DNA of 64,000 nt from Oculina patagonica. Taxonomy: Eukaryota. The stretch covers positions 59,768,001 through 59,832,000 of the forward strand of contig NC_135761.1 in NCBI RefSeq assembly GCF_052425735.1, read 5' to 3'. Positions 1 to 13,316 of the stretch are shown here, in pieces (within the stretch, counting starts at the first letter, position 1; every line of letters begins with the position of its first letter). The notes under the pieces are model-generated. The model was not told where the DNA came from and did not search any database. It saw nothing but the letters and a program-made list of their open reading frames with translations. Both the position numbers and the translations under genes were made by a program.

Positions 1-703
1 TCTTTGTTCAGTGTCGCCCTGGATCAGAGCCAGAAAGAACTGAAAGAAATTAAATTTATCAACTGGGTCTTACGTATTTAACTAAAAACAGGAAAAATCA
101 GAAAGAGATTAAATTTACGACTTAATCTTTAGTTTAGAGTCGTGATATATATTGTTGATGATAGCGAAATATGCTTACAATGCTCTAGACCAAAAACAGT
201 AACATTTTAAAATCAAAACAATAGTCTCAAAGTAATATTGTTACGGACGACGTCCTCTCTCAAGTAACGTAATGAATGTTGCAAAGACAAAACCATTAGC
301 CGTGTGATTGTTGTTTTAAGTAGCAATATCACTGTACGATATTTGGTTTGTAATTATGCTATTGTTTTTCATTTTATGGCAGTCCAGAACAAGCTTAATT
401 AACAGTTGTTAGAATTTAAAAACAGTTCTTTACAATATGCTAATTGAAAATGTTTATTGCACATTACGTTTTATTGTGCAAAATACATTTGCAATTAGCA
501 TATTGTTAAGAATTATTGGAAGAAGTTTTTGTGATATTTGGAATAATTAAGATAGAGGTTAGTGTTATCAACTTTGGCCAAATTACCTCAAACTCCAACC
601 TGGATATCTCAAACACGAGTCTAATAATTGTTCTAATTATAACGTATAACTTCTTATTTGGCAATTCCAAAAAAAAAACATACACCATTACGGACGGCTT
701 TTT

Positions 704-850
704 GGAATTCCGAGGGCAGGGGGATTCTTTGAACTGGAATTCCGAGGGCAAGGGGGGATTCTTTGAACTGGAATTCCGAGGGCACGGCAAGGGGGGATTC
801 TTTGAACTGGAATTCTGAAGGCATGGGGGGTACTTACATTTGGAATTCTG
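704..850. repeat. Short tandem repeat (~33-39 bp unit TGGAATTCCGAGGGCAAGGGGGGATTCTTTGAAC), 3-4 copies
   Basis: Units are visible directly; probably the internal repeat of a degraded MITE. Confidence 0.75.
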
Positions 851-858
851 AAAGCTTA

Positions 859-1822
859 CAGTGAAACGAACTCAACCGGGGCCACCCAACGTTTTTTAGC
901 CAATCACAAGACAAGCTCAGAACAAAAGATTTGGAGTTCGTTCATCAGCAGATCAATCACAATAAAGGGCAAATTAAACTGTTGGTTTGAGATCAGATGC
1001 GAGGGAAAGCAAAAATTTAATGTAAGTTGTTCATTTCGTTTACGGTAAAGGCGAATAAATATTAACTGTACGGCGGCCGCGAATTTTGGAGACTGAATGA
1101 ACTCATTGTAAATAAATTTACCGAATTACGGCCGGACTAAACGTTTAAAATTTATAGCTTCTGAAAAATGGTAAGTATAATGTCGAAACGAAAGCTTAAT
1201 ATGTAATTTACCGAATTGCATCCGGTAACTCTGAACACAAAACGGAAAGTAAATAAATTTATCGAATTTCGGCCGGCTGAACTTATAAAATATATTTTCC
1301 CACCAACGGCCTGGAAGGTCAAAGGCGAAAGGGACTCAATGTAAATATAAAATTTACTAAATTACGGCCATGAATTTTGAACACGAAACGGGCTCAACGC
1401 GAGTATATTTCCGATACATATTTACCGAATAACTCGAGAATAACGGTCGGTCGTAATTCAGTAAATTGATTTTCAAAATTCACGGCCGTAGTTTGGTATA
1501 TTAGCCTGAATGTCGGAGAACAAAACTTATGTCTGTTTCGGAAAATAATTTTTTTTTTTGAGCCCGCCGTAATTTGGAATATTTATTCAGAAAATCACGT
1601 TGAATCTATACCGTCTTCCAAATTGCCGGCCGCCGTTCGGTAAATATTTATTCGAAATGGACAACATTACATTTAAAACTAAGCTTTCGCATTCTGTCGC
1701 AGTTTAATTTGCCCGTTACCGTGATTGGTCCGCTGATGAAGGAACTCCAATTCTTTTGTTCCGAGCTTGTCTTGTGATTGGCTAAAAAACGTTGGGTGGC
1801 CCCGGTTGAGTACATTTCACTG
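859..1822. mobile_element. Non-autonomous Tc1/mariner-type foldback element with TIRs over 120 bp and internal repeats
   Basis: TA|CAGTGAAA...TTTCACTG|TA termini. The TIR includes ctcaaccggggccacccaacgttttttagccaatcacaagacaagctc. An internal aaatttaccgaattacggcc motif is repeated and mirrored around ~1440. Confidence 0.85.
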
Positions 1823-2251
1823 TAAAAAAACTTGTGAACGTTACCAGTTCGTAAATGATGCACAACCCTAATTTCTCGCAGTCTGTCGATAAGCAGTCGA
1901 CCATAGGGCAATTATTTCATCCTTCTTTGAAACAGAGGTGGAATTATTATGTTTCACATGGCAAAAATGAAAACCGGAACTTGTCAACTTGCTCTGGCAA
2001 ATTTGAATTGAAAGTTGCAAGTTGTGACGAACAAACTGTCGATCAATATTGGAACATTGCGCCGCAACATTGCAAAGTTCCCATCAAAAGAACATCCGGT
2101 TTGACTGTGTAACTGTAGGCTCAAAGGCAACAAGAAGACATATAGTAACTACAATGTATAACAATTACAGTAGTATAATTATCTTTGAAGACATTCTGTA
2201 ACTTGTGTTTCTCTGTTGCTTTTTTTGTTCACAGACTATGTGTTCCTACCC

Positions 2252-5200
2252 ATGGAAGGTAGTTTTGCAAGGGCTTTATACGCTTACCAATCCGATAATC
2301 CTGATGAACTCTCTGTTCCTGAAGGAAGCATTATAAGAATTACTCAATACATAAACAAACATTGGTTGGAAGCTAGTTATCAGGGAGAGACAGGATTGTT
2401 TCCTGTTACTTATGCCGAGAGGTTAAAAAATGAGACGCATATGCAGAACGATGCCTCTACCGATGACGAATTACAAGACAACTTACCATCCAATTGGCAG
2501 GGACAAAACAATGAATTTTATAGACAGAAGGATTTTTCAGCAAAACTCAATAGTGATGATGGGTCTTTTGTAGAAGCTGCCTTTGCTTTTAGTGCTAGAA
2601 ATGACAGCGAGCTTACATTTCCTTCTGGGGCTCTGATAGAGGTTACAAAAGATGTCGATGTGGACTGGCTTGAAGGTTCATTCAATGGCAAGACAGGGCT
2701 TTTTCCAAAGAGTTACCTCAAGTCATCTGAAAAACCATGTGCCCGTGCTGTGTACCCCTTTGTTGGGGAAAGCGTGGGAGAACTTACATTCCGAGAAGGT
2801 GACTGTATCTTTCTTCGTAAGCGTTTGAACTCACAATGGATGGAAGGGGAAATTGATGGCAAAGTCGGGCTTTTCCCCTCAAGCTTTGTTGCTGTCGAAG
2901 TTGAGTTACCACCCGAACAAAATACATTTGTAAATGGAGATTTTAATTTTATGAATTTGCCATCTAATGATGGAGTCCATAACAATACTGTTGCACCAAA
3001 AATCAAATGGAAAAGAGGTATGAAAGGAAGGGCTCTGTTTCATTTTACTGCATTGTACTCAGGAGACCTGGAGTTGAATAAAGGAGATGTTGTCACTGTT
3101 CTTGAAGTTGATGATGATAACTGGATTGAGGGTCAGTTAGCTAATGGAATACGTGGATCATGCCCTGCGGCATATCTGGAACCAGTATATGATACAAGCA
3201 GACTATATGACAATAAATCACTGAAGGCTAGGACTCATGGATTTGTATCTGATGCCAGTTTCTCTGGAATTTTTGATGACTTTGTGTCTGACAGTGGCTA
3301 TATAAACACGTCACAAAAAGGTAGCTCTCGTCAACAGACCAATAATGTTGTTGACTCATACACAAAGAGAGACGATGATGCATACAAACACCTTTTAGAC
3401 TCCTCTTTCATGCAGGATCCAACTCCTGCCCTTCTTCCATCCAACATGCCCACAACTGAGACTCAAGAAACTGGACAAAGAACTCAACCTTTGTTAAAGC
3501 CAAAGCCGGCACTAAGAACTAAACCAACACAAAATTATTCAGTGACATACTTGGGGGGCAAGGATAGTGGAGAACTCTCGGCACCAAAATCTTACCAAAC
3601 CAATGTTAGTCCTTCAATATCCATGCCGTCACTACCAGGTAGAAGTGCACCAGTTCCTAGCTCAAGAGAGATGTCATTAAGCTACCATTCTCAAATTCCA
3701 AATCTTCATCAAGACTCTGCTGGAACTTGGCCTGGCAAAAGAGCAGGGATTCATAGACACATTGCTGATGAAAAGACAAACAGAAAGAACTTTTTCGATG
3801 ATGATGATCTGTTATCAGGCAACTGCACATCATTGCCGACTCCACTGGTTCCATTACCTCAAGCAGGGATCGATGATAGAAATAGTGAATCAAGTACATC
3901 AGAAGATTCTCCAAGAACACCCAAACGACCAGCACCCCCACCCCCGAAACGAGACAGCAGCAGCAAAAATCATGCCCGCAGCAGCACTCTTCCAGCAACT
4001 AGATCAAAGGGTCTTGTACAAAGTGAATTTAGTAGGGAGGCATCATCATCAAAAGCAAAGGACCAGCAACTGTTGGATGGAAAGGACATGAAACAGAATG
4101 GACGGCCACATACCCCTTCTCCAACAGAAAATAAAAGGGACTTTTCCCTTTCCATCAAAGGATCTCCTAAGATGAGAAGAGCTGGTGAAAGTACAAAGCC
4201 TAAACCTCTTTCTAGGCCACATTCTGTGCATTGGAAAGACAGGGATTCTCATTATACAGCAGAGAAGGTACATGTCAGTGGTAGTTAATAAAATTGTGTA
4301 TACATGTAGCCCTTCGCAAAAATGCGAGAGGATTAACAAAGGACCAGTATCAATAAACCCTTCGAGTTTTTTTGTTTTCCATAGGACTGCCTGGTCGCCA
4401 GTGAAAAATCTTAGTCGCTAAATCAAGCTCATGCCTTTAATTGTTCTTCTCAATTTTAGTCGCCAGGGTGGCGACTTTGGTTCCAGTTTAGTCACTAGCT
4501 CCAAAATGTTAGTCGCCATGGCGACTAAATTGGTCTCAACTTGGAGGGTTGCAAGGGTAATATTATTGATGTTTTGCTTGTGTAGAGTCCACTGGAGCTG
4601 AGACGTTCAAACAGTCTAGAAACTTTAAGAGAGGTTAAATCCAGCAGTGTTACCATGGCTACTGGCAGTGCAAAACGCAGCGATCAACAATCTGTCAACA
4701 AAGGTATTAGTTATTTTAACCATAAACAATTGATTTAAACCAATCAGAACATTAATTTTTCTACACATTCTAGCAAAATTAAAGAACATAATGGATACAT
4801 ACATATATTATGACAAAACTACATTTAAATTATTTTATATTAACTGGATTGCATCGCATGTCCAGGAAATTCAACAGAGGGAACTGATGTGCCAGGGCTG
4901 GCAGCACTACAAGAAAGGATTGCTGAGGCAGAGGAGAACCTCAAGGTTTGAAGTTAACATGCACTTTTATACTACAGCACCATTAGTTAATTACATGTTA
5001 TTACAGTACTGTAGCTACAATAAAACTATGGGTCTCTTTAAGTTAAGCAACTATCCAAAACATTTGTCCCAAACTGAACAGTTAAAACTGAACTGTGCTG
5101 TAAATGATACATACAGTAATTTGCAGTTGCAGGGTAAGTGATAGAAACAATAAATTTGAGTGTCCAATCTACAGGTAGGGGTATTTATGGGTATTTACAA

Positions 5201-8200
5201 TGGTGAGCCATTAAGGTGAGAAATTATTTGGACAAGACTATTGTATCGGACTTGTGAAATGAATATTATGTACATGTAATTTTTAACTGGTCCCATACAT
5301 TCATGCTAAAATTACAGAATCCATAACCTATTTCAAGATTTACAGACTTGAAGTGAACAAGCTGTTTAAATAAATGAACATGCTGTTTAATTTACTGCAC
5401 ACAAAACAACAAAACCAGCATATATCAAGGGTGTTACCTAACAGAAAATCTAATGGACCAGTGGGCCCTATTTAAATACTACTGAACAGAAAATATTAAA
5501 ATAAAATGTACTTTACAGATTGTGCAGCACAATAGATTTAATGAATATTCAATAATTATTTTGTTGTAAGATAATAGTTTAATAGTATGTTTATCCTCTT
5601 GTCTGTTAACAGAAGGAAATGAAAGTTCACACTGGATTCAAGACTATTTCTCAGGTACAATGTATGCCTCGTTAGAAGATATTTTAGTAACTTGGACATA
5701 ATGCCACTTTTACTACTTGGCAATTCACGCCATTGATCAGGATGGGCATGTTGGCAACCAGTGTGATCAGTGTGATGGAGCAGGGAACAGCACTCTCCCT
5801 CACGTCAATTGTCTATAAAACATTTTTCTATCCCCTGGATATTACATTATTTTGGGTATCGCATTATACCCTCGTTTATTAAACCTCTGACAATGGGAGC
5901 CCTTGACTCTATAGATAACTTCTGCTCAGGTTGTCAAAACACTTTTGAGTAAGACTTCTATCACTAGCTAGCCTGAAGTTAAGGCGTCTTCTCTGGTCAC
6001 CTACTCCCAGGATCAGATGTCTTTCCCAGGAGTAGGTGACCAGAAAATGACAGAATGAAAAATATTATTCTTACATGTAGCTTGTGATGACTGATCCTGT
6101 TAAGCAAAGAGAAATGGAAGCTAAGGTGTCACAGAGCCAGCAAAAGATAAATGAATGGCAGGAAGAATTAAAACATCTCAAAGGTTTGTTGCGAGCGCCA
6201 ATTGCAATCTATCAATTGCATTTTGGCAATTTCAGATCTCAAATTTTCATGTAGTTTGAGGAGGTGCTAAGTTCAGGAAGGGGAGACTGGATCCCTATCT
6301 GGGGTCATTGCTATGTGTCCTTGGGCAAGGACCTTTACTCTCACAGTGCCTCTTCCCATCCAGGTGTATAAATGGGTACCAGAGAATTTAATACTGGAGA
6401 GGACTGGCATCGTATCCAGGGTGAAGTTAAAATTCCTAAACTGGGATAAGCTCCAAAAGTAAAGGGCACTTTGGCACAGTACCAAATTTTTTTAATATTA
6501 AATTTTCATGAAAAATACTGTGCTACTTTGATTATTTACAAGTGTGACCAATTAACATGCTAATCTTTTTCAGATGAACAAGTCTTTCTGATAGAGTCAC
6601 ACAGGAAAAAAACACTGAAGATTAAAATAGCTGACTTGGAAGCAGACTTAGAGGTATAATTTTCAAAATATTAAGGTGGCTCTGAACCGCTGTTATAATT
6701 TTTTTTAACTTCGCCAAAAGTTGTATCATGACATGTTGATTGAACAGCTGTAATAATAGGGTCACCAAGCTCATTTTTGAGTCATTAGCACTAAATTTAG
6801 GGTTGGTGTTTTCAACAGGTTATACTGTTGCTATGGTAACCACTAGTGTCAAGTATTAGATTTATACAACTTCTTGTCAGCCAATTATTGGGCATTTGTT
6901 TCATACCATTACTGTTATAACAACTGATAAAGAGTTGTAGTAGTGACCAATAAAAGTATAACGTTTGGAAAATGCAAAAAGCCATTACCAGGCACCTTAA
7001 TTAAGTTTAGTATTTCTGTAAATTTCCAGAAACAAAATGCAACCAAAATATTGTTATTGTACTTGTTCTTGGATCTTTAGAGTTGACCATCTATTTTCAG
7101 AAACAAGTGCGAAGTCAGAGAAGTCTTGAAATGTTGCTTGGTGTTGTGGAGGAGAACAGAAAGAAAGAAGTTATGGAGAACCTTGGAGTGTGTGCGCAAC
7201 TTGTGGAGAAGATCAAGCGAGAGCTAACTGAGTTAGAGGGTAAGATATTTAGTAGGTGTGACAGTCAAGTTAGGCAGGTTTAAAAAAATAAAAAACAGCA
7301 AATGTGACCACACAGGCAACTGCAGCTGGTATGATTCGGGTTGGTAGAATTTTGTCAAACTCTTCATTTACCAAACTTCAATAAGCTGGGACAAAAATAT
7401 TGGCAAGCCCTTACAGATTGAACCGATTTTTCGTCTGGCAAGGCATAGAAAATTAATTGTTAGGTTGTGCTTTAAATCATTGTGTTCTTTCTTTACAGTT
7501 TCTCTGCACAGCTTAACAGAAAAACCAGCAGAGTCAAGCCAAAAACACATGGCTGAACAAAGACAGCGAGTCTTGACTGAACTCATTAATACAGAAAAGG
7601 ATTATTGCAATGACCTTGAGCTCTGTGTAAAACACTTTCTGCTTGAACTCCAAGATGCACAGGTCGGTTTCTATATGTTGGTGTACCCTTTTCCAGATGC
7701 TGAGGTTGTGTGTGGGAGCAGGGGGGGGGGGAGGGGGATAAAAGGTGCCAAAAGTAAACAGAGACTGGAAAAGGCTGGTACATGAATGAATGAATAAATG
7801 ATAATGGTTCTTTTATAGCGAATAAATTATTTTACAAAGCTCAATGCGCTTCATAATTAGAGTAACGAGCGCCGAGATCGGACATGCATCAGAATAATTA
7901 TTAGGCCCCTTTGGCAGCTGCTATACATCCTTGTATACGTCCTTTGCTGAGCCATCTAACCCATGGATACATGTGAAAAGGCCAGACCACAAACCAGGAA
8001 ATCTGTGTCCTACTCTTTGCGATTTATAAGTGTGTGGGTTTTTTAACATCCCCTTCTGACCATAACACTGAAGATGCAGGAGATGAGGCCTACATGTATA
8101 GTTTATCATCCTTATCCGAGAAGATTAGAACATCTAATGTAGCGTGACCTCAGTAGAAACATCAGCAGCGTGAGTCAACAGACCTTTAGATTTGTGTGCT

Positions 8201-11200
8201 CAATGACTATTAAGATTTGCCTGAAAATTAATTAGTCTAACATGACTTGTCTTGGGGCCTCAGAGGTGAAGGACAGGAGAGAGCTGCCATTTTACCTGGG
8301 CAGGAGAAGACCACACGACATTTGAAAACATAAAATTTAATGGTCTGGATAAAAGCAGACAAACTACTATTTTTAAAAAATGTACAACAACTTTTAGTTT
8401 GCAAGACATGTTTCGATCGTTCCAATGATCATCTTCAGTTGTGGAATCGTTTACAGTTGATGCTCACGAATGCGCATTTGTGAGCATCTGAGTAGGGACA
8501 GGAACTCACACATTTACCAACATCTGCAGCAGTCTGAGGCATGCCGTAGGCTTGCATCTAAGAACTGCTTTTCTATTGTAGATTCCGCACCCAATAGACT
8601 ACAGCTAATTTTAAAAGAGGCTGTCCACATCCGCTAGGAAAACCCCACGTTAAGTAAGCAGCTCAAACATGCTGACTTAACTCTTTCATTTTAGTATTAT
8701 GTTATTTTCTTATAAATAAGTGTCGTTTAATTTAATTTTATTTTTTTTTGCATCATTTTGTGTAATAATTGTAATTTACTAAGTTATTTTTACTGTTTAA
8801 TTTCTTTGCCGTGTATTTATACTCGCGCGCATTGTTCCATGTCTCGCACATTTAAATGCTGCACGTTAAATTTAAAATGTATCACGAATGTTGTGTATCA
8901 CGCATGTTACGCCATTGCTTGTAAAAAATTCAACTTCAACTGTAAACAATTCCACAACTGAAAATGATCGTTGGAACGATCGAAACATGTCTTGCAAACT
9001 AAAAGTTGTTGTACATTTTTTAAAAATAAAATTTAATGTTGAAAATGTCAGTTGTCTATTTGCTAAGACCCTCTGAGGTTTAGAGGCAGGGGACAGCTTA
9101 CATTTCACCTGGGCAGGAGATTACTGACTTTTTACCTGAAAAAATATCATACTTACATGTACCAACACAATGTTGCTCTTCAGAGGTGCATGTACACTGT
9201 ATTTTGAAAAAATTACAGACTAGACAGATTTCTGTACTCAGAGCAATGTCATCAGTGTGGGCAGGGAAGAATTGAGTGCGAAAAGAGACATCTACAGGAA
9301 GAGTTTGCATTTGTAAGCATGTACAACAACAAACCTATCAAACTCGCTTTTTGATGAATAAAAGATTTTCATGTGGGATTTGTTCTCTACAGGTGAAGGA
9401 TCTTGACTGTGAAGGATTGTTTGGTAACATTGAGAGTGTGTTGGAAACATCACAGAAACTGTTGAAAAGCTTAGAAGATGCTGTTCAAGACAAGGAAGGA
9501 AAAGATCAGGAACTTGGTAATACAATAATGTGTATAATTACACATTGCAACATTAATTTGTCAACTGAACGATGGAGATGTAGGGGAAAAATGCTGAACT
9601 GGCAGTCAGGGATAGGCATGACAAATAAATCCGTTACGGCTTTTAAGACATTTGAAACCAACAAAGACTGAAGATGTTTGGTTGAAACGACTTAATTTAG
9701 TTTTTTGAATGTTGTATAATTATAACATACAGTATTTAGCATTTCAGTCAGATCAGACCAGTTAATAAATCTTCATTGATGGAGATGTATCTTTTTATCG
9801 ATTTTTTTTTTTCAATTAAGTTTTTTACCCTTCACACCAGGGTCAGTGGGTAATTTGATTACATCGTTTGGCCTCTTTTAACTGTACATTTGTATTATAC
9901 AGTCACATACAATGAATTTTGTATTTTTTTTTTCAGGAAAGTGTTTTGCGGACATAGCTGAAGAGATGAAAGAAGTGTATGCTGTGTACTGTAGGAATCA
10001 TGATGATGCTATCTCACTCATGGAAAAGGTAACAAAAGCTGCATTTAGGAACCAAAGATACACAGCACTGAAATACATGTATAAATATTAGGAAGTTAAT
10101 GCACATGTACATCCAGTGTAAGCATCCGTAAAACAGGCCAAGTAAAAGTCCTGCCTTTAAGGTGGATTTCCACTGACGCGTAAATATTTACGTACGTAAA
10201 ACGTGCGTAAAAAAGATACGTAGGCAAATTTCCAGTGTCGCGTGAAAAGTAATAAAAAGCGTTTCCTTTTTTCTTGCGTTGAACGTACGTAATTAGGATT
10301 ACTGATGGCCAAGTGCGTCAGTGTTACTCCAGACACTGTGTCAAGAAGGTACAGAGGTGACAGAGGTCTACATCGAGCCTAGTGGCACATCTTGCTGGAG
10401 CATATCCCAGTTTCTGTAGCATAAAGCGACTAGGATTATTTCTACTCCCCCATGTAGGAATGGGATGCTAGTCCATCACAGGGTTACCCCCCAGCATGAG
10501 TTGGCTGGTACTAATACACCTGGGTGGAGAGAGGCACTACGAGAGTAAAGTGTCTTGCCCAAGAACACAACACAATGACCCCGGCCAGGGATCGAACCTG
10601 GAGCACTTGATCTGGAGTCCAGCTTGCTAAATGTTAGGCTGGCCACTACGCCTCCCTACTGTATCAAGAAGCAAATGAGTATTGCTACTCCCCCAAAAAG
10701 GGATGTTACTCCCTACATTAACCAATTTTAGTGTACACGCATGTTTATGTAGTGCACACACATGTACCTAATACATGCTTTTATGTGCTTGCAGTACGAG
10801 GAAGTGCCTGAGATACAAGAAGCCTTCACAAAATGTTTGGACAAGATTAGGTACATATGCATGTTCATTTGCAAGTAACAGCTCAATTGATTTTTTACTG
10901 GTTTCCGTATAAGTACATGTACCTTATTGGTACTTAATTTCGCGGGTCTTTAGTATCGCGATTTTCGCGGTATTTTTTTTTTAACGTTTTCTGACATATT
11001 TTGAGTGTTTTGAACGTACTGTTTGGCCAAATCAAAAAAATAAAACCCTGCGAAATACTGTCTCGCCAAAATCGCGAAATTAATGTTAAATCCATGAGAC
11101 CAGTTTTCTTGTTACAAACATTTTTACTAATAGTGCGAAAAGAGCAGTTTTCAATTGAGTGTCGTAAAACAAACCAAAGTAATCACTCTGGCCAATCACA

Positions 11201-13282
11201 AAGGACACAGACAATCCAGTGAACCAAATCAAAACTCGAAGCAAATACATGTCGCAGGCACGAAGCGCGGGAAAACGTGATTAATATTGGTTTTGGTTTT
11301 ACCTCTGATTTGTTGAGAAGGTGGCGCAAGTTTTTTAAACCAAACGCTAAGCATAGTAATACAAAACGAAAGCAAACACGAATTACTTTGGAAACTCAGT
11401 TGAAAGCCACTCTAACGGGCTTATAGACAGGTTAATCGGAAGTCAGGTTTTTTATGTACGTGGCGTTTTTTGAAGATCATATCTCGGAATGCAGTTCTTT
11501 TTCTCTCAATCTGAAGACTTGAAGATCGGTTTTATTATCAATCGTGGTTTTATGTTATTTTCCCTCTCTTCAGAGAACACACGCGGTGTTGGGACTTGTC
11601 GTCATTTCTTATCAAACCAGTTCAGAGAGTTCTGAAATATCCACTCTTGTTAAATGAACTACTTAAGGTGAGTGTAAATTGCTTGATAGACTGTAATCAC
11701 ACAATCCCATGACAGATGTCAATGACTTCAATAATGCCTTCCTAAATTTTGAGTGTTGCATAGCCCTAACAATTTATTCAGCTGACTACATATTGTAAGG
11801 TTTTTTTACCAAAAGAAATCCAAGCATGGTCACCATTGATATCGATAGCGGAACACCATCATCATCCGTAGTAGCTATTTTACTTGCTTCAGCAACTAAT
11901 AAAGTAAAAACTTAATAAAGTGACGACTTACCATTAACATGTATTCACATTTATCATTTGACATTATTTGAGCCTGCAGTTGGCAGGACATGTGTCACAC
12001 ATAAGAACCCAGTATATGACCTCGCTCACCATGAGTCCCCTATAGCTCAGTGGTTAGAGCGTTCCAACCGGTATTCTGGAAGGTCATGGGTTCGACTCCC
12101 GTTGGGGAACTCGGAAAATCTTTTTTCCAAGTATTTGACTTGTTTCCACTTCTCCACTTATTTTCACTTTAATAATAGTCACCATTATCATGTATTCAAA
12201 GTGATGACTTGTACCTTTAAGTGATTTTTATTTCTCTTCTTTTTTTCAAAAGTATACGCCTGAAATCCACGGGGACAAGTACAATTTGCTGAAAGCAATA
12301 TCGGTTATGACTGATGTGGCAAACGCAATCAATGAGTTTAAAAGAAGAAAAGATCTTGGTGAGTGTGTCAAATGCATCCCTTTACAAGTTAAAGCGCATC
12401 TCGTTATGAGATTTACGTTAAGAAAGAAAGAAAGTAATTGCAGGGAAAAATTGTTCGCTCCACCAATTGAATTAGGCTTCTCTCAAGCTATTGGTTCGAA
12501 AAAATGTTAAAACGTCACAAAACGAAACATTCAACCAGTACGTGTGTTAAGAAGTCCATGAGATACTCATTATATGTCTGTATTTTAGATTACTTTGTTG
12601 ACTTTTGTTGTAGACTGAAGTTTCTTTTCTTTGTTTCTCCCGAATAGTCGTCAAGTACAAAAAAGTAGAAGACAGTGGTCTAACCAATAAGATACAGAAG
12701 CTAAGCTGGCATTCAGTGGTGAAAAAAGGCTCCAGGTTTAACCAGAGGCTAACACAACTCACAGGGCTCGTGTCACAGGTATTCACTACTAATAGCAGGA
12801 AAAAAACGCTTTTGACTTTTCGAGGAAAGCCTAGTAAAACTTGTTAGCTCCGCCAAGCGATGCCTTACAAGTGCATAAAACGCCGCCAAACAGCCTTGAA
12901 TGAAAACTTCAACTTGATACAACTCACGTCAAAAAACATGATACGCGGCTTCTGATTGGAAGTATCATTTTTTTTCTCACTCGTGAAAAGGGATACACGC
13001 CATTTGATTGGTTTACATCGGTTTGCGAACGAAAATTTTCTTTGCGGCTTTCCAGTGTTTATACTGGATCTGTGTAAAATTATTATGTATATATCAACAC
13101 GAGAGGTGTTCATCGGGTATCAACGAGAGAGAGTGAGAGAGCGAGGGAGTATTTTGAGAAATGAGGTGTGAAGCCGATGAACACGCCGAGTGTTGAAATC
13201 TCCGAAAAAAAACTACGGAGAAACGGAGAAATAAAATCGTAAAAATCATGCTTTAAGATCGGGTCCAAACCACCGCACGGTT

Positions 13283-13316
<34 letters not shown>

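Noticed and set aside
704-850. CRISPR-like array / ORF 516-818
   Set aside because: Head-to-tail repeats without unique spacers in a eukaryotic context; the ORF is a repeat artefact.
1080-1660. CRISPR-like spaced repeats
   Set aside because: Degenerate, orientation-switching internal repeats of a TIR element.
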